A stretch of 64,000 bases of DNA, taken from the sequence record OL770073.2; one strand, 5' to 3'. Below are positions 10,036-19,976 of this stretch, one piece after another. Both the position numbers and the translations under genes were made by a program. This DNA is from Escherichia phage vB_EcoM-RPN226. Position 1 is the first letter of the stretch, and each line of letters opens with the position of its first letter. The notes beneath the pieces were generated by a model. The model had not been told where the DNA came from and ran no database searches. It was given only the letters and a program-made list of their open reading frames with translations.

Positions 10036-10168
10036 GAAAATCTTGGGCTATTCATTAGCCCTTGCTGCTTTATTGGTAGCACTATATTACGGAATAATGT
10101 TCGGATTAATTCAAGTCGTGCTTTTCATTTCTGATGTTATTATGGCACTACATTCACTAGTATGGTAA
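10028..10168 (+). CDS. small membrane protein
   Basis: 46-aa hydrophobic ORF. Confidence 0.4.
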   Translation: MIKKILGYSLALAALLVALYYGIMFGLIQVVLFISDVIMALHSLVW

Positions 10169-10172
10169 ATTT

Positions 10173-11501
10173 ATGCAACTGAATAATCGCGATTTAAAAA
10201 GTATCATTGATAATGAAGCATTGGCTTATGCTATGTACACGGTTGAAAATCGTGCTATCCCAAATATGATTGATGGATTTAAGCCAGTTCAACGATTTGT
10301 TATTGCTCGAGCTCTTGATTTGGCGCGAGGAAATAAAGATAAGTTTCACAAACTTGCTTCTATTGCAGGTGGTGTAGCTGACCTTGGATATCATCATGGT
10401 GAAAACTCTGCGCAAGACGCGGGGGCTTTGATGGCTAACACTTGGAATAATAACTTTCCTTTGTTAGATGGTCAAGGAAACTTTGGTTCTCGTACCGTTC
10501 AAAAAGCAGCAGCAAGTCGTTATATTTTTGCTCGTGTAAGTAAAAATTTCTATAGTGTATATAAAGATACTGAATATGCTCCGGTACATCAAGATAAAGA
10601 ACACATTCCTCCTGCTTTCTATTTGCCTATTATTCCTACCGTTCTTCTTAATGGTGTTTCCGGTATTGCAACTGGTTATGCAACTTACATTCTTCCTCAT
10701 AGTGTTTCTTCTGTCAAGAAAGCTGTACTACAAGCTCTTCAAGGAAAGAAAGTAACTAAACCGAAGGTAGAATTCCCAGAATTTCGTGGTGAAGTCGTTG
10801 AAATTGACGGTCAATATGAAATTCGTGGAACGTACAAGTTTACTTCACGAACTCAAATGAATATCACTGAGATTCCGTATAAGTATGATCGTGAAACTTA
10901 TGTGAGTAAAATCTTAGACCCGCTTGAAGATAAAGGCTTCATTACATGGGATGATGCTTGTGGTGAGCATGGTTTTGGCTTCAAAGTTAAATTCCGTAAA
11001 GAATATTCTTTAAGCGATAACGAAGAAGAACGCCATGCAAAAATTATGAAAGACTTTGGATTGATTGAGCGTCGTTCTCAGAATATTACAGTCATCAATG
11101 AGAAAGGAAAACTGCAAGTTTACGATAACGTAGTTGATTTAATTAAAGACTTCGTTGAAGTTCGTAAAACTTATGTCCAAAAACGAATTGATAACAAAAT
11201 CAAAGAAACTGAATCAGCTTTTCGTTTAGCCTTTGCCAAGGCACATTTCATTAAGAAAGTAATTTCAGGTGAAATCGTTGTACAGGGTAAAACTCGTAAA
11301 GAACTGACCGAAGAACTTTCTAAAATTGAGATGTATTCTTCTTATGTTGATAAACTAGTTGGAATGAATATTTTTCATATGACTTCCGATGAAGCGAAGA
11401 AACTCGCTGAAGAAGCTAAAGCCAAAAAAGAAGAAAACGAATATTGGAAAACTACTGATGTAGTTACCGAATACACCAAAGATTTAGAGGAAATCAAATG
11501 A
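10173..11501 (+). CDS. 52: DNA topoisomerase II medium subunit (GyrA-like)
   Basis: 442 aa; ...AMYTVENRAIPNMIDGFKPVQRFVIARAL... breakage-reunion motif. Confidence 0.9.
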   Translation: MQLNNRDLKSIIDNEALAYAMYTVENRAIPNMIDGFKPVQRFVIARALDLARGNKDKFHKLASIAGGVADLGYHHGENSAQDAGALMANTWNNNFPLLDGQGNFGSRTVQKAAASRYIFARVSKNFYSVYKDTEYAPVHQDKEHIPPAFYLPIIPTVLLNGVSGIATGYATYILPHSVSSVKKAVLQALQGKKVTKPKVEFPEFRGEVVEIDGQYEIRGTYKFTSRTQMNITEIPYKYDRETYVSKILDPLEDKGFITWDDACGEHGFGFKVKFRKEYSLSDNEEERHAKIMKDFGLIERRSQNITVINEKGKLQVYDNVVDLIKDFVEVRKTYVQKRIDNKIKETESAFRLAFAKAHFIKKVISGEIVVQGKTRKELTEELSKIEMYSSYVDKLVGMNIFHMTSDEAKKLAEEAKAKKEENEYWKTTDVVTEYTKDLEEIK

Positions 11502-11647
11502 GTCCATTCATTGGTATTACAAGCGCTGCATTAGTATCTGGCAGCATTTTACTGGCGGGTTTAGGTGTTGTTCCAGCCGTAGCAGGAGGTCTTCTTGCGT
11601 TCGGAATTCAACGTGTTATCATGACAGTTATCACAGTCATGCAGTAA
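11498..11647 (+). CDS. small membrane peptide
   Basis: 49-aa hydrophobic ORF; ATGA overlap with the gene 52 stop. Confidence 0.4.
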   Translation: MSPFIGITSAALVSGSILLAGLGVVPAVAGGLLAFGIQRVIMTVITVMQ

Positions 11648-11652
11648 TTTTA

Positions 11653-11680
11653 GGGAGAGCCTCGGCTCTCCCTTTTTTTA
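11653..11680 (+). terminator. intrinsic terminator
   Basis: GGGAGAGCCTCGGCTCTCCC hairpin plus T7 tract. Confidence 0.75.
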
Positions 11681-11705
11681 TTTCAAAAATTTTTTCACAA
11701 AACGG

Positions 11706-11734
11706 TTTACAACCAAAGCATACTGTGGTACTAT
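11706..11734 (+). promoter_or_regulatory. T4-type early promoter
   Basis: TTTACA, 17-bp spacer, TACTAT, conserved leader. Confidence 0.65.
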
Positions 11735-11775
11735 ACAACTATCAAATACTGATACAGAATTACGGAGATTAGAAA

Positions 11776-12411
11776 ATGTCTAAAGTAACTTACATCATCA
11801 AAGCTTCTAACGATGTTCTGAATGAAAAAACTGCTGCGATTTTAATTACTATTGCTAAGAAAGATTTCATTACAGCTGCAGAAGTTCGTGAGGTGCATCC
11901 AGATTTAGGTAACGCAGTAGTTAATAGTAATATTGGGGTATTGATTAAAAAAGGCCTGGTGGAGAAATCTGGTGATGGATTAATCATTACTGGTGAAGCT
12001 CAGGATATTATTTCAAATGCAGCAACTTTATACGCACAAGAAAATGCTCCGGAACTGCTGAAAAAACGAGCAACTCGTAAAGCTCGTGAGATTACTTCTG
12101 ATATGGAAGAAGATAAAGACTTCATGTTAAAACTTTTAGATGAAAATGGATTTGTTCTTAAAAAGGTTGAAACTTATCGTAGTAACTATCTTGCTATTTT
12201 AGAAAAACGCACTCACGGAATTCGTAATTTTGAAATTAATAACAATGGAAATATGCGAATTTTTGGATACAAAATGATGGAACATCATATTCAGAAATTT
12301 ACTGACATCGGTATGTCATGCAAAATCGCTAAAAATGGTAATGTGTATCTTGACATTAAACGCTCGGCAGAAAACATTGAAGCAGTAATCACCGTAGCAT
12401 CTGAACTGTGA
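11776..12411 (+). CDS. motA: middle-mode transcription activator MotA
   Basis: 211 aa; MSKVTYIIKASNDVLNEKTAAILITIAKKDFITAAEVREVHPDLG... matches remembered T4 MotA. Confidence 0.85.
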   Translation: MSKVTYIIKASNDVLNEKTAAILITIAKKDFITAAEVREVHPDLGNAVVNSNIGVLIKKGLVEKSGDGLIITGEAQDIISNAATLYAQENAPELLKKRATRKAREITSDMEEDKDFMLKLLDENGFVLKKVETYRSNYLAILEKRTHGIRNFEINNNGNMRIFGYKMMEHHIQKFTDIGMSCKIAKNGNVYLDIKRSAENIEAVITVASEL

Positions 12412-12421
12412 GGAATAAATA

Positions 12422-12751
12422 ATGAACAAGTTAGAAATTGTTAATGAACTTCGCCGTTGTGCAGAACCCACTCAAGAGGGGTGGGATATCTGGTACCATG
12501 GGGCTTATCTTGGAACTATTGTAAAGATTAAGACTGGCAAATACATGATTATTCGTGAAAGTAAAGATGCTCCAGTAGGTATTCGCAATAATTTCATGGC
12601 AGCGATAAGTTCCTTTACGGATTCAGCTTACGAAATTTACCTTGCTGATTATAAAGAATTCCAGGAATCTCAACCAGTTATTCGCTCAATTGGTGTTAAC
12701 AAAGCTCAACAGAAAACTTTGTGGCAGCGTATTAAAGGATGGTTTAAATGA
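12422..12751 (+). CDS. hypothetical protein
   Basis: 109-aa ORF. Confidence 0.5.
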   Translation: MNKLEIVNELRRCAEPTQEGWDIWYHGAYLGTIVKIKTGKYMIIRESKDAPVGIRNNFMAAISSFTDSAYEIYLADYKEFQESQPVIRSIGVNKAQQKTLWQRIKGWFK

Positions 12752-13209
12752 ATCCATTTATTAATCGCTTAAAAATGCTGAATGTTCCTTTATCTCGTGA
12801 AACTCCAGAAAGTCTTGTTGAAAAATTTAAAGCACATGGTTATAAATGCACAGAAGAAGATATTCTTGCAGAAGTTCCTGAAATCTGTTGGCAGACCGCA
12901 TACTGGGATGAAAACCAAAAGTATCAACGACGAATTGTTTGCGCAGCCAACCGTTTTAAATTAAAAGATGGACGAACTCTTGTTATTCCGGGTGCTCGTC
13001 ATTATTCTAAAGATATGGCAGCAGTTTTAGATGTAGTTAAACCCCAATTAGTTACTCAGCAAGTTTGTGATGATGACCAAGGGTTTATTGACCAATATAG
13101 TAATTATTGGACACGTGAAGAAGCAATGATTATTGCAACTTACGCTGGACAAGTACGTATTGAACGTGGTGGTAGTGAAAAAGAACTTTACTCTGAGGAC
13201 CTTTACTAA
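12748..13209 (+). CDS. hypothetical protein
   Basis: 153-aa ORF, ATGA-coupled to the upstream ORF. Confidence 0.5.
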   Translation: MNPFINRLKMLNVPLSRETPESLVEKFKAHGYKCTEEDILAEVPEICWQTAYWDENQKYQRRIVCAANRFKLKDGRTLVIPGARHYSKDMAAVLDVVKPQLVTQQVCDDDQGFIDQYSNYWTREEAMIIATYAGQVRIERGGSEKELYSEDLY

Positions 13210-13505
13210 TGAATATTAAAAAGTTTCAAATTGATGGAATTATGAATCAAATCCAGGCATTGGAATATGCCAATAAAATGATGTCAACTAATTGGGGAAT
13301 TTATGCCAATGAACCGGGATTTAAGTTCTGTAATATGGAATTCACTAAAAAGCTCGTAGGAAAAGATTATGTATGTCCATTTAGTTCTCCAGTAAATGGA
13401 ATGTTAAAACCTGCTTTACGCGATCTTTATATTGCGATGAACGAAGAAATGATAAAAGAACTAAAACGTCAACTGAAGGTGATTCAATTTGGCCAGGGAA
13501 ATTAA
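13209..13505 (+). CDS. hypothetical protein
   Basis: 98-aa ORF. Confidence 0.5.
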   Translation: MNIKKFQIDGIMNQIQALEYANKMMSTNWGIYANEPGFKFCNMEFTKKLVGKDYVCPFSSPVNGMLKPALRDLYIAMNEEMIKELKRQLKVIQFGQGN

Positions 13506-13707
13506 TTCAAAATCCGATTATTTTAATTCTCTCAATGATAAAGATAAAAATCTAATACGGCATTTTATCGTTGAGATGGGATATACTGATACACGTGATT
13601 TAAGAGAACATATATTTGAATGCGGTGTAGCTAAAAAGTTTTCATTCACATGCAAATGTTTAAGAGAGGTAATTCAGCACTATGAACAATTTAGTCGCAA
13701 AACATAA
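13489..13707 (+). CDS. hypothetical protein (TTG start, uncertain)
   Basis: ORF-track ORF begins with TTG; true start unclear. Confidence 0.3.
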   Translation: MAREINSKSDYFNSLNDKDKNLIRHFIVEMGYTDTRDLREHIFECGVAKKFSFTCKCLREVIQHYEQFSRKT

Positions 13708-13790
13708 TTTTAATAAAGCTTCTGTCCATAAAGATAAGAAGAAAGCGTTTAAAGAATCTAATCGCAAACAGAAACATAAGGGGAAGGTCT

Positions 13791-14069
13791 ATGATTATTG
13801 ATTCTCAATCTGTGGTTCAATATACAATCAAAATTGATATTCTAGAAAAGCTATATAAGATTCTACCAAATTTATACCACTCAATTGTTAATGAATTAGT
13901 TGAAGAACTACATCTCGAGAATAATGATTTCTTGGTTGGAACTTATAAAGACCTCTCAAAAGCAGGATATTTTTACGTAATTCCAGCTCCAGGAAAAAGT
14001 ATTGATGATGTATTAAAAACTATAATGATTTATGTCCATGATTACGAAATTGAAGATTATTTTGAATGA
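13791..14069 (+). CDS. arn: probable Arn (anti-restriction, McrBC inhibitor)
   Basis: 92-aa acidic protein at the syntenic position upstream of asiA; AAGGGGA RBS. Confidence 0.6.
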   Translation: MIIDSQSVVQYTIKIDILEKLYKILPNLYHSIVNELVEELHLENNDFLVGTYKDLSKAGYFYVIPAPGKSIDDVLKTIMIYVHDYEIEDYFE

Positions 14070-14218
14070 GTCATAATCTTGAAAAGGTAATCGAGCATAA
14101 TGTAGCTCAGGAACGTGAGTCGTTCAAGGAATTCGTAGAAAAAATTTTTGAAGAAAATAACACAGACCAGTTTACAAATCAAACGTCTGATGATATTATA
14201 ATAAAGTCAACTAATTGA
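14066..14218 (+). CDS. hypothetical small acidic protein
   Basis: 50-aa ORF, ATGA overlap with the arn stop. Confidence 0.4.
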   Translation: MSHNLEKVIEHNVAQERESFKEFVEKIFEENNTDQFTNQTSDDIIIKSTN

Positions 14219-14230
14219 GTGGTATAGTTA

Positions 14231-14503
14231 ATGAATAAAAACATTGATACAGTTCGTGAAATTATTACTGTTGCGTCTATTTTGATTAAATTTTCCAGAG
14301 AAGATATTGTTGAGAATCGTGCTAATTTTATTGCATTTCTGAACGAGATTGGAGTAACGCATGAAGGTAGAAAGTTAAATCAGAATTCATTCCGTAAAAT
14401 TGTTTCTGAAATAACCCAAGAAGATAAGAAAACCCTCATCGACGAATTCAACGAGGGTTTTGAGGGTGTATATCGATATCTAGAGATGTATACAAATAAA
14501 TAA
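14231..14503 (+). CDS. asiA: anti-sigma70 factor AsiA
   Basis: 90 aa; MNKNIDTVREIITVASILIKFSREDIVENRANFIAFLNEIGVTHEGRKL... Confidence 0.85.
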   Translation: MNKNIDTVREIITVASILIKFSREDIVENRANFIAFLNEIGVTHEGRKLNQNSFRKIVSEITQEDKKTLIDEFNEGFEGVYRYLEMYTNK

Positions 14504-15160
14504 TTATTTAGCCCTTCCTAATATTCTGGCCGCCTGAGAACATATTGATTCAAGGCGGTCATTACTTATATGATCATTTCTATACCAGTACATGGTTATT
14601 GTTCCAGCATAGATATTATCCAAATTAAAATATGGACAACTGTACATGTAATTTATTTCGGGAGTAGGCTTTTTAGTTGGTAAAAAAGCAAATTTTGAAT
14701 CGGAATAATAATGACGTCCATTTAAATGAACTGTATATTCATCCATAGTTTTATCAACAGGATATCCTCCAAGTGATTTTTCGCTTATTGTTGAAGGTAA
14801 TTTTCCTTCATATGCTATAATATCAACAAAATAGTTTAAGTTTTTAGGGCGGAAAGAATACACCGCACTAAAGTCTGCCTCAGATGATATGTGAACTATC
14901 TGGAGTTGTTCCAGGGCGACAGATTCAAAGCGTGCAGTTCTTTCCTTTTCAATAATTTCACTGTATGTTTCATACTTTGATTGCTTATAGTACTCAAAGA
15001 AACTATCTCCCCTATACCAAACAATCGCCATTATAAACAAAAGAATTACGACAGCTACTCGGGAAGCAAGAACCTTCCCGGTAGCGTTATCTTTGAACAA
15101 GCGATCTAGAACACCCAACAGAATATCAGAGGGCGAAAATGATATTCTAGGTGCTGCCAT
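14504..15160 (-). CDS. t: holin
   Basis: 218 aa with one N-terminal transmembrane segment and large C-terminal domain; stop abuts the asiA stop. Confidence 0.85.
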   Translation of the reverse strand: MAAPRISFSPSDILLGVLDRLFKDNATGKVLASRVAVVILLFIMAIVWYRGDSFFEYYKQSKYETYSEIIEKERTARFESVALEQLQIVHISSEADFSAVYSFRPKNLNYFVDIIAYEGKLPSTISEKSLGGYPVDKTMDEYTVHLNGRHYYSDSKFAFLPTKKPTPEINYMYSCPYFNLDNIYAGTITMYWYRNDHISNDRLESICSQAARILGRAK

Positions 15161-15190
15161 AGACCCTCCTTTTAAGGATATTTATTCAAA

Positions 15191-15970
15191 TTATACTCTT
15201 GGACCATATATTGCTCCAACATTTATCCACGTTGGAGCAGACCCTATAACAGCATAACCAGCAGCACCGCCGTCATATTCTGTACCGTTACCTTGAATAT
15301 TACATCTTCCTCCAGCAGCACCAACGTTACCGCCAGCACCGCCTGTATATACCCAAAGAGACCCCTCACCGACAGATCCGGCACCAGGAGCGGAAATGGT
15401 GCCGGCGGTTGCACCAGCACCCATATGAGAGCCAGACCCGCCAGCACCGAATGGGCGACCACCGCCACCGCCAAATGATAGTCTGCCATATCTACCGCCG
15501 CCACCGCCACCGCCGCCACCAGCAATAGCTCCGCCATTATTAATTCTTAGTCTCCCACCAATATCGTTTTGAATACAATGACCTCCAGCTGATCCAGGAC
15601 TATTGCTACCGCCATTCCCGCCACGGCCATACATCGTTACACCGTGTATATTCAGTTGAACATATTCATTTGGTGTATCTCCGTACATGAAGAATAAAGG
15701 AACATCTTTAGAATATGATACTAAATCTCCGGTGATATTAAACACTATAGGTGCACTACCTGCCTCAAAACATCTATCTCGGAACCATTGACCATTGAAG
15801 TTATGGTCTGCTCCAAGCGTGTGAATTATTTCTCTTGAGCGACCTGCAAATTGACTCATCCAGCAAGGAACACCCAATCTTAATTGACCAGCTGCTTGAC
15901 TCATCCAGCGCTGACCCGTTTCATTTACGGCTGAACTTCCAATCCAGCCAGGAACTCCAACTACTGCCAT
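15191..15970 (-). CDS. 38: T2-type receptor-recognising adhesin gp38 with glycine-rich motifs
   Basis: 259 aa; [22 protein letters not shown]... and poly-Gly runs ([25 protein letters not shown]). Confidence 0.85.
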   Translation of the reverse strand: MAVVGVPGWIGSSAVNETGQRWMSQAAGQLRLGVPCWMSQFAGRSREIIHTLGADHNFNGQWFRDRCFEAGSAPIVFNITGDLVSYSKDVPLFFMYGDTPNEYVQLNIHGVTMYGRGGNGGSNSPGSAGGHCIQNDIGGRLRINNGGAIAGGGGGGGGGRYGRLSFGGGGGRPFGAGGSGSHMGAGATAGTISAPGAGSVGEGSLWVYTGGAGGNVGAAGGRCNIQGNGTEYDGGAAGYAVIGSAPTWINVGAIYGPRV

Positions 15971-16006
15971 AATTTATACTCCAAAGGGGGCATTTCCCCC
16001 TTGTTG

Positions 16007-19000
16007 TTAGAATTTAAAGTATTTACCAATTTTGCGAGCAATTTTAGTGAAGAAAGGCGTTTTCAATTCTTTAATTTCTTCACTCATTTCCTGAATGGCC
16101 TTAATTAAAAGAGCATTCACAGCAGAGTTAGAAATTGTCAGAACTTCGTCTGGTTTATCAAGATTGCCAATTTTCGAAATATTAATCGCTTCTGGTAATA
16201 TTTCTTGTAAATCCTGTGCGATAATGCCGATCTCATGACCGATAATTTCACGGTCGGATAATGATTTAACTTTATCGTAGGTTTTAACTTTCAGTTTACC
16301 GATTAAATCAGTTGCATTTCCTATATAATCTTCGATGTTTTCTTTGAGGCGACGGTCTGATCGAATATAAACATCGTTAAAGCTTCCGTTACCAGTGGCA
16401 TGAAATTCTCCACTTGCATGGAATTGATAATTAGCATCTTGAACATGGAGAATCGCTGCTGCAGTATTATTACTATCACCTGGCATATGAACATCCAAAG
16501 CAGCGATGTAGTTACGCCCCCAATCAACCGCTTTCCAAATGGCATGAGCACTATCAACGCTTTGTTGACAGTCAAGCAACAAACCAGCAGGGCGATTTCT
16601 CCAATCCACATAAGCACCGCCAGAAACCTCACCACGAATAATTCCTTGATCTGCGGCATAAGGAACACGTCCGTCAAGTTTAAACATCGCGCCCTGGAAG
16701 CGATGTGCAACTGCTCCACCATAGTTATTGCGAATATGTAAAATACCCTCATCTGTAGCCCAGATAACAGCCTTTTCCGATTCGCTGTCATCTCTAAACC
16801 AGATATGGCGTGCACCAGCAGAGTTTTTGATGGTTATTCCGTTAGGTCCATGCACGGTCAAAGCACCAGCAACATCAAACGCCAAATTGTTATCTGTCCT
16901 GCGTTCTGTAAAGAAGTGATAACCTTTGGAATCACCGACTTCCATCACTGCCGCGCGACCAACTTCTGAATTTCCCCAATTATTGATATGGAATCGTTCA
17001 GAGCTATTATTCATCTGATTTAGGTATAATGTACCATCAGTAAATGTTTCGCCAAAGAAACGAGTTTTAATTGCACCTGTCGCTAAAGTACGTTCAGTGG
17101 AAAAATGAGCGCCTTGACTATCTTCTAACTGGATGATGTTATCACGAGCATTATTACTATCACCCCAATGGTTAAATTTAAAATAATCTCGTGATCCTAA
17201 ACGTCCGGCGTCAAAAGTCATCACGCCTTTCATGTTAATATCACCGTCGACCAGAACATTATCCGGGAAGTTAACAGTACCGTCTTGATTAAAACGAGAC
17301 GTATGGCCTTGTGAACCATCTTCTTTCAGATGATGAATAACGAATGTACCCGAATTAATTTCAGTACCTAAAGACCAAACGGCTTTACTGTTTAAAAACT
17401 TCTGTTTAACAATAGGATAATATTTGCTTATAGCATCATCATCAATTTCCTGGAAAATAGGAGCTGCTTGAACATACTGAATATCATAACCACCGGCGCC
17501 CGCACCGTGACCAGTAAATTTAATATAGCCGTTTGCTGCGAACGTATTGTAACTTGATTGTAAATCCGGAATAGTAACTTTACCAGTATCTAAAGCCATA
17601 CTAAACGGGCGAAGTGGACCGATATCGCCATATTTACCTTCACCGTAAGCAGTTGGAATAATATGAAGACTTCCTTCTGAACGTCTAAAAATGGCTCCAT
17701 AATCTGCATTCCAAATGCGAAGCGCATTCACTGCTCCAGATGAAATTTCGCCTGTTGTGTGAACTCCTCTATTTCCAGCAGTAACACCGGATGATTCAAA
17801 TGAACCATTGACGTTCATTTCTACTTCACCGGTAGTAAGTCTTTGAATATAACTCATCCAGCTAGTTGCGTCAGAAATTTCCATGACATTTTTACGATTA
17901 CCTACACTAGGATTAGTAAACGTATTACCCCATACAGAAATTGTCATATTATCAACTGAACTGCTACCAGTTGTGTTACCTCTAAACATCAGCGTAGAAG
18001 CATTATTACGACCATCAATATTAACAGAACCACCAATAACGTCAATATTACCAGGAGTAACTAACAAACCGCCATGAGTATTAATGTTTGTGGTACCCTT
18101 ACCGCGGAAATAGTGGTGATAATTGCCGCCCTGATAATAACCTAAAAGAGTTTGACCGTCGCCATACGCGTTATTATCATGATAAGTAACAACAGTGGCT
18201 AATGCATAGTTTTCTGTCGGTGGCGTTGTCATAAGAATCCCATCCGGAGAATAACCCATAACCATTTTTCTAAGGCTTTGTGTTTCCGCAGGACCGTAAA
18301 TGAAAGTTCTTGTTCCGTTGTTTACTGTATGAAAATATCCGTCCTGATGCCATTTAAATCCGGTATCATTATCACCAAGAGCAATTGAAGCAGTCCCTAA
18401 TTCAGAATATCCTTTAGAGCCGCCCGGAAGACCTATAGAAATAGAATGGCCTGCTTTCAATCCACCGAACCAGGTAAACGACCAAAGATAGGCATCTAAC
18501 CCGTCACCGGCGTACCAGGTTATCCCGTCGTTATCTTTAACTTCATGGAATATACCAGATCCTACGGCATTTCGCATAACACGGAGGTGGTTAATAGCCG
18601 TTTCGCTTTCTGCCAACGGAGTGTTATTTGCTAATGAGTAGATATCATAATCGCCTGTCTTCTTCCCATTTGTAATAACTTTATCGGTCAGAATTTGTGG
18701 AGACGAAATAGATTTCCATGCTGATACTTCAGGTGAAGTAAATAGGCCACTGCCTGAAAATGCATAGGTGCTTTCATCACCAGCGGCGTAGTCTTGAACG
18801 CGGATATTAACTACTTGCGTAGTTAATCCATCATTAGCCGGGGCATAAATGATTCCACGTTCGCGGCTATTGCCATCGAAAAAACGAACATGCGATGTAC
18901 CTGAACTTTTTGTAATAAGTTCTCCACCCTCAGTCATAATCTGCCCGGCGGCAATAATATCGCGAGTTACTCGAGCAATACCAGTTAAATTGAAATCACC

Positions 19001-19249
19001 GGTTTGAGTGAAGGTACCATTTAAAGTATAATCACCAGTTTGATTATAGTTTCCTATATGAATAACATTCCCGTCAATGCTACCACCTTTAGCAAAACCA
19101 AGATCAATGATATTTCCTTGGTCATCTTTAGTAAAAAGTACGCGGTCTTTTAAGTTTATAGCCAATTCACCTTCGGCTAATACTGAAGCGGCAGGACGTG
19201 CTCCTGCAGTTTTGCTTCTTTTAAATTGTATTTGTTTTAAAGTAGCCAT
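16007..19249 (-). CDS. 37: long tail fiber distal subunit gp37
   Basis: 1080 aa; N-terminus MATLKQIQFKRSKTAGARPAASVLAEGELAINLKDR; C-terminal SDRRLKENI chaperone-like motif. Confidence 0.85.
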   Translation of the reverse strand: MATLKQIQFKRSKTAGARPAASVLAEGELAINLKDRVLFTKDDQGNIIDLGFAKGGSIDGNVIHIGNYNQTGDYTLNGTFTQTGDFNLTGIARVTRDIIAAGQIMTEGGELITKSSGTSHVRFFDGNSRERGIIYAPANDGLTTQVVNIRVQDYAAGDESTYAFSGSGLFTSPEVSAWKSISSPQILTDKVITNGKKTGDYDIYSLANNTPLAESETAINHLRVMRNAVGSGIFHEVKDNDGITWYAGDGLDAYLWSFTWFGGLKAGHSISIGLPGGSKGYSELGTASIALGDNDTGFKWHQDGYFHTVNNGTRTFIYGPAETQSLRKMVMGYSPDGILMTTPPTENYALATVVTYHDNNAYGDGQTLLGYYQGGNYHHYFRGKGTTNINTHGGLLVTPGNIDVIGGSVNIDGRNNASTLMFRGNTTGSSSVDNMTISVWGNTFTNPSVGNRKNVMEISDATSWMSYIQRLTTGEVEMNVNGSFESSGVTAGNRGVHTTGEISSGAVNALRIWNADYGAIFRRSEGSLHIIPTAYGEGKYGDIGPLRPFSMALDTGKVTIPDLQSSYNTFAANGYIKFTGHGAGAGGYDIQYVQAAPIFQEIDDDAISKYYPIVKQKFLNSKAVWSLGTEINSGTFVIHHLKEDGSQGHTSRFNQDGTVNFPDNVLVDGDINMKGVMTFDAGRLGSRDYFKFNHWGDSNNARDNIIQLEDSQGAHFSTERTLATGAIKTRFFGETFTDGTLYLNQMNNSSERFHINNWGNSEVGRAAVMEVGDSKGYHFFTERRTDNNLAFDVAGALTVHGPNGITIKNSAGARHIWFRDDSESEKAVIWATDEGILHIRNNYGGAVAHRFQGAMFKLDGRVPYAADQGIIRGEVSGGAYVDWRNRPAGLLLDCQQSVDSAHAIWKAVDWGRNYIAALDVHMPGDSNNTAAAILHVQDANYQFHASGEFHATGNGSFNDVYIRSDRRLKENIEDYIGNATDLIGKLKVKTYDKVKSLSDREIIGHEIGIIAQDLQEILPEAINISKIGNLDKPDEVLTISNSAVNALLIKAIQEMSEEIKELKTPFFTKIARKIGKYFKF

Positions 19250-19257
19250 AAGTCCTC

Positions 19258-19914
19258 TTAATAATAGCCGAAATCTTGAACAGAATCCTTAATAACAATT
19301 TGATCAAATCGTGGAACATGTGAAGGTTGAGATGCAGGATTCTGTGAAAAAAGGTTTGGCGCAGTTAAATTTCCTGTCATAGTGTCTCCAGAGCGTAATA
19401 CTCTAGAGTTTGCGTTTGCTGTAACAATATTTATTGCTCCATCAACATAATCTTTCCGTGTAAGGTCATAATTATTTACTGGTGATAATGAAGTTGCGCG
19501 TATTTGTGATGCTTCAATTACACCCTTTGAGCTAATATCTCCATTTCGTGTGTTAATTACTACAGTTCTACCTGCTGTTCCTTGTGATGATTTAAAACCA
19601 ATACCATACCACGAAACAATATCCATATTTGTAGTATCAAATGTTGCTCCATCATCATTACCAGGATATATACCATTTCCAGAATTACTTGCTAATGGAA
19701 TCGTTATTCCATTATTAAAAATTACTCTATTTAAATAAGTACCACCATTAGCTTTAGAAACGAAATCGTTATCAGCAGCTTGTGGTTTATTGTATTCTGA
19801 ATATATTTTAAATGATTTATAGAGTACATCGTCACCGGCTGGATTCAATGGAAAATTTCCTTGATGCCAAATGACAGAGCCTCCAGTTGTTGAACCTACT
19901 TTTAAATCAGCCAT
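19258..19914 (-). CDS. 36: long tail fiber hinge connector gp36
   Basis: 218 aa; synteny between 35 and 37. Confidence 0.8.
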   Translation of the reverse strand: MADLKVGSTTGGSVIWHQGNFPLNPAGDDVLYKSFKIYSEYNKPQAADNDFVSKANGGTYLNRVIFNNGITIPLASNSGNGIYPGNDDGATFDTTNMDIVSWYGIGFKSSQGTAGRTVVINTRNGDISSKGVIEASQIRATSLSPVNNYDLTRKDYVDGAINIVTANANSRVLRSGDTMTGNLTAPNLFSQNPASQPSHVPRFDQIVIKDSVQDFGYY

Positions 19915-19976
19915 TGTATGCCCCTTTATTTTAATAGTATTTATAAAGAAAAAGGGAACCCGAAGGCTCCCTCAAT

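Noticed and set aside
15244-15537. ORFs 15244-15537 (-) and 15293-15478 (+) inside gene 38
   Set aside because: Alternative-frame readings of the GC-rich glycine-codon repeats (Ala/Pro/Val-rich low complexity). They are fully contained in a well-supported gene.
16321-16919. Overlapping ORFs within gene 37 (16321-16815 -, 16400-16741 +, 16728-16919 +) and similar internal ORFs in gp34, rIIA, nrdA, alt and gp29
   Set aside because: Embedded in or antisense to large, confidently identified genes, with no RBS or promoter support. Typical spurious ORFs.
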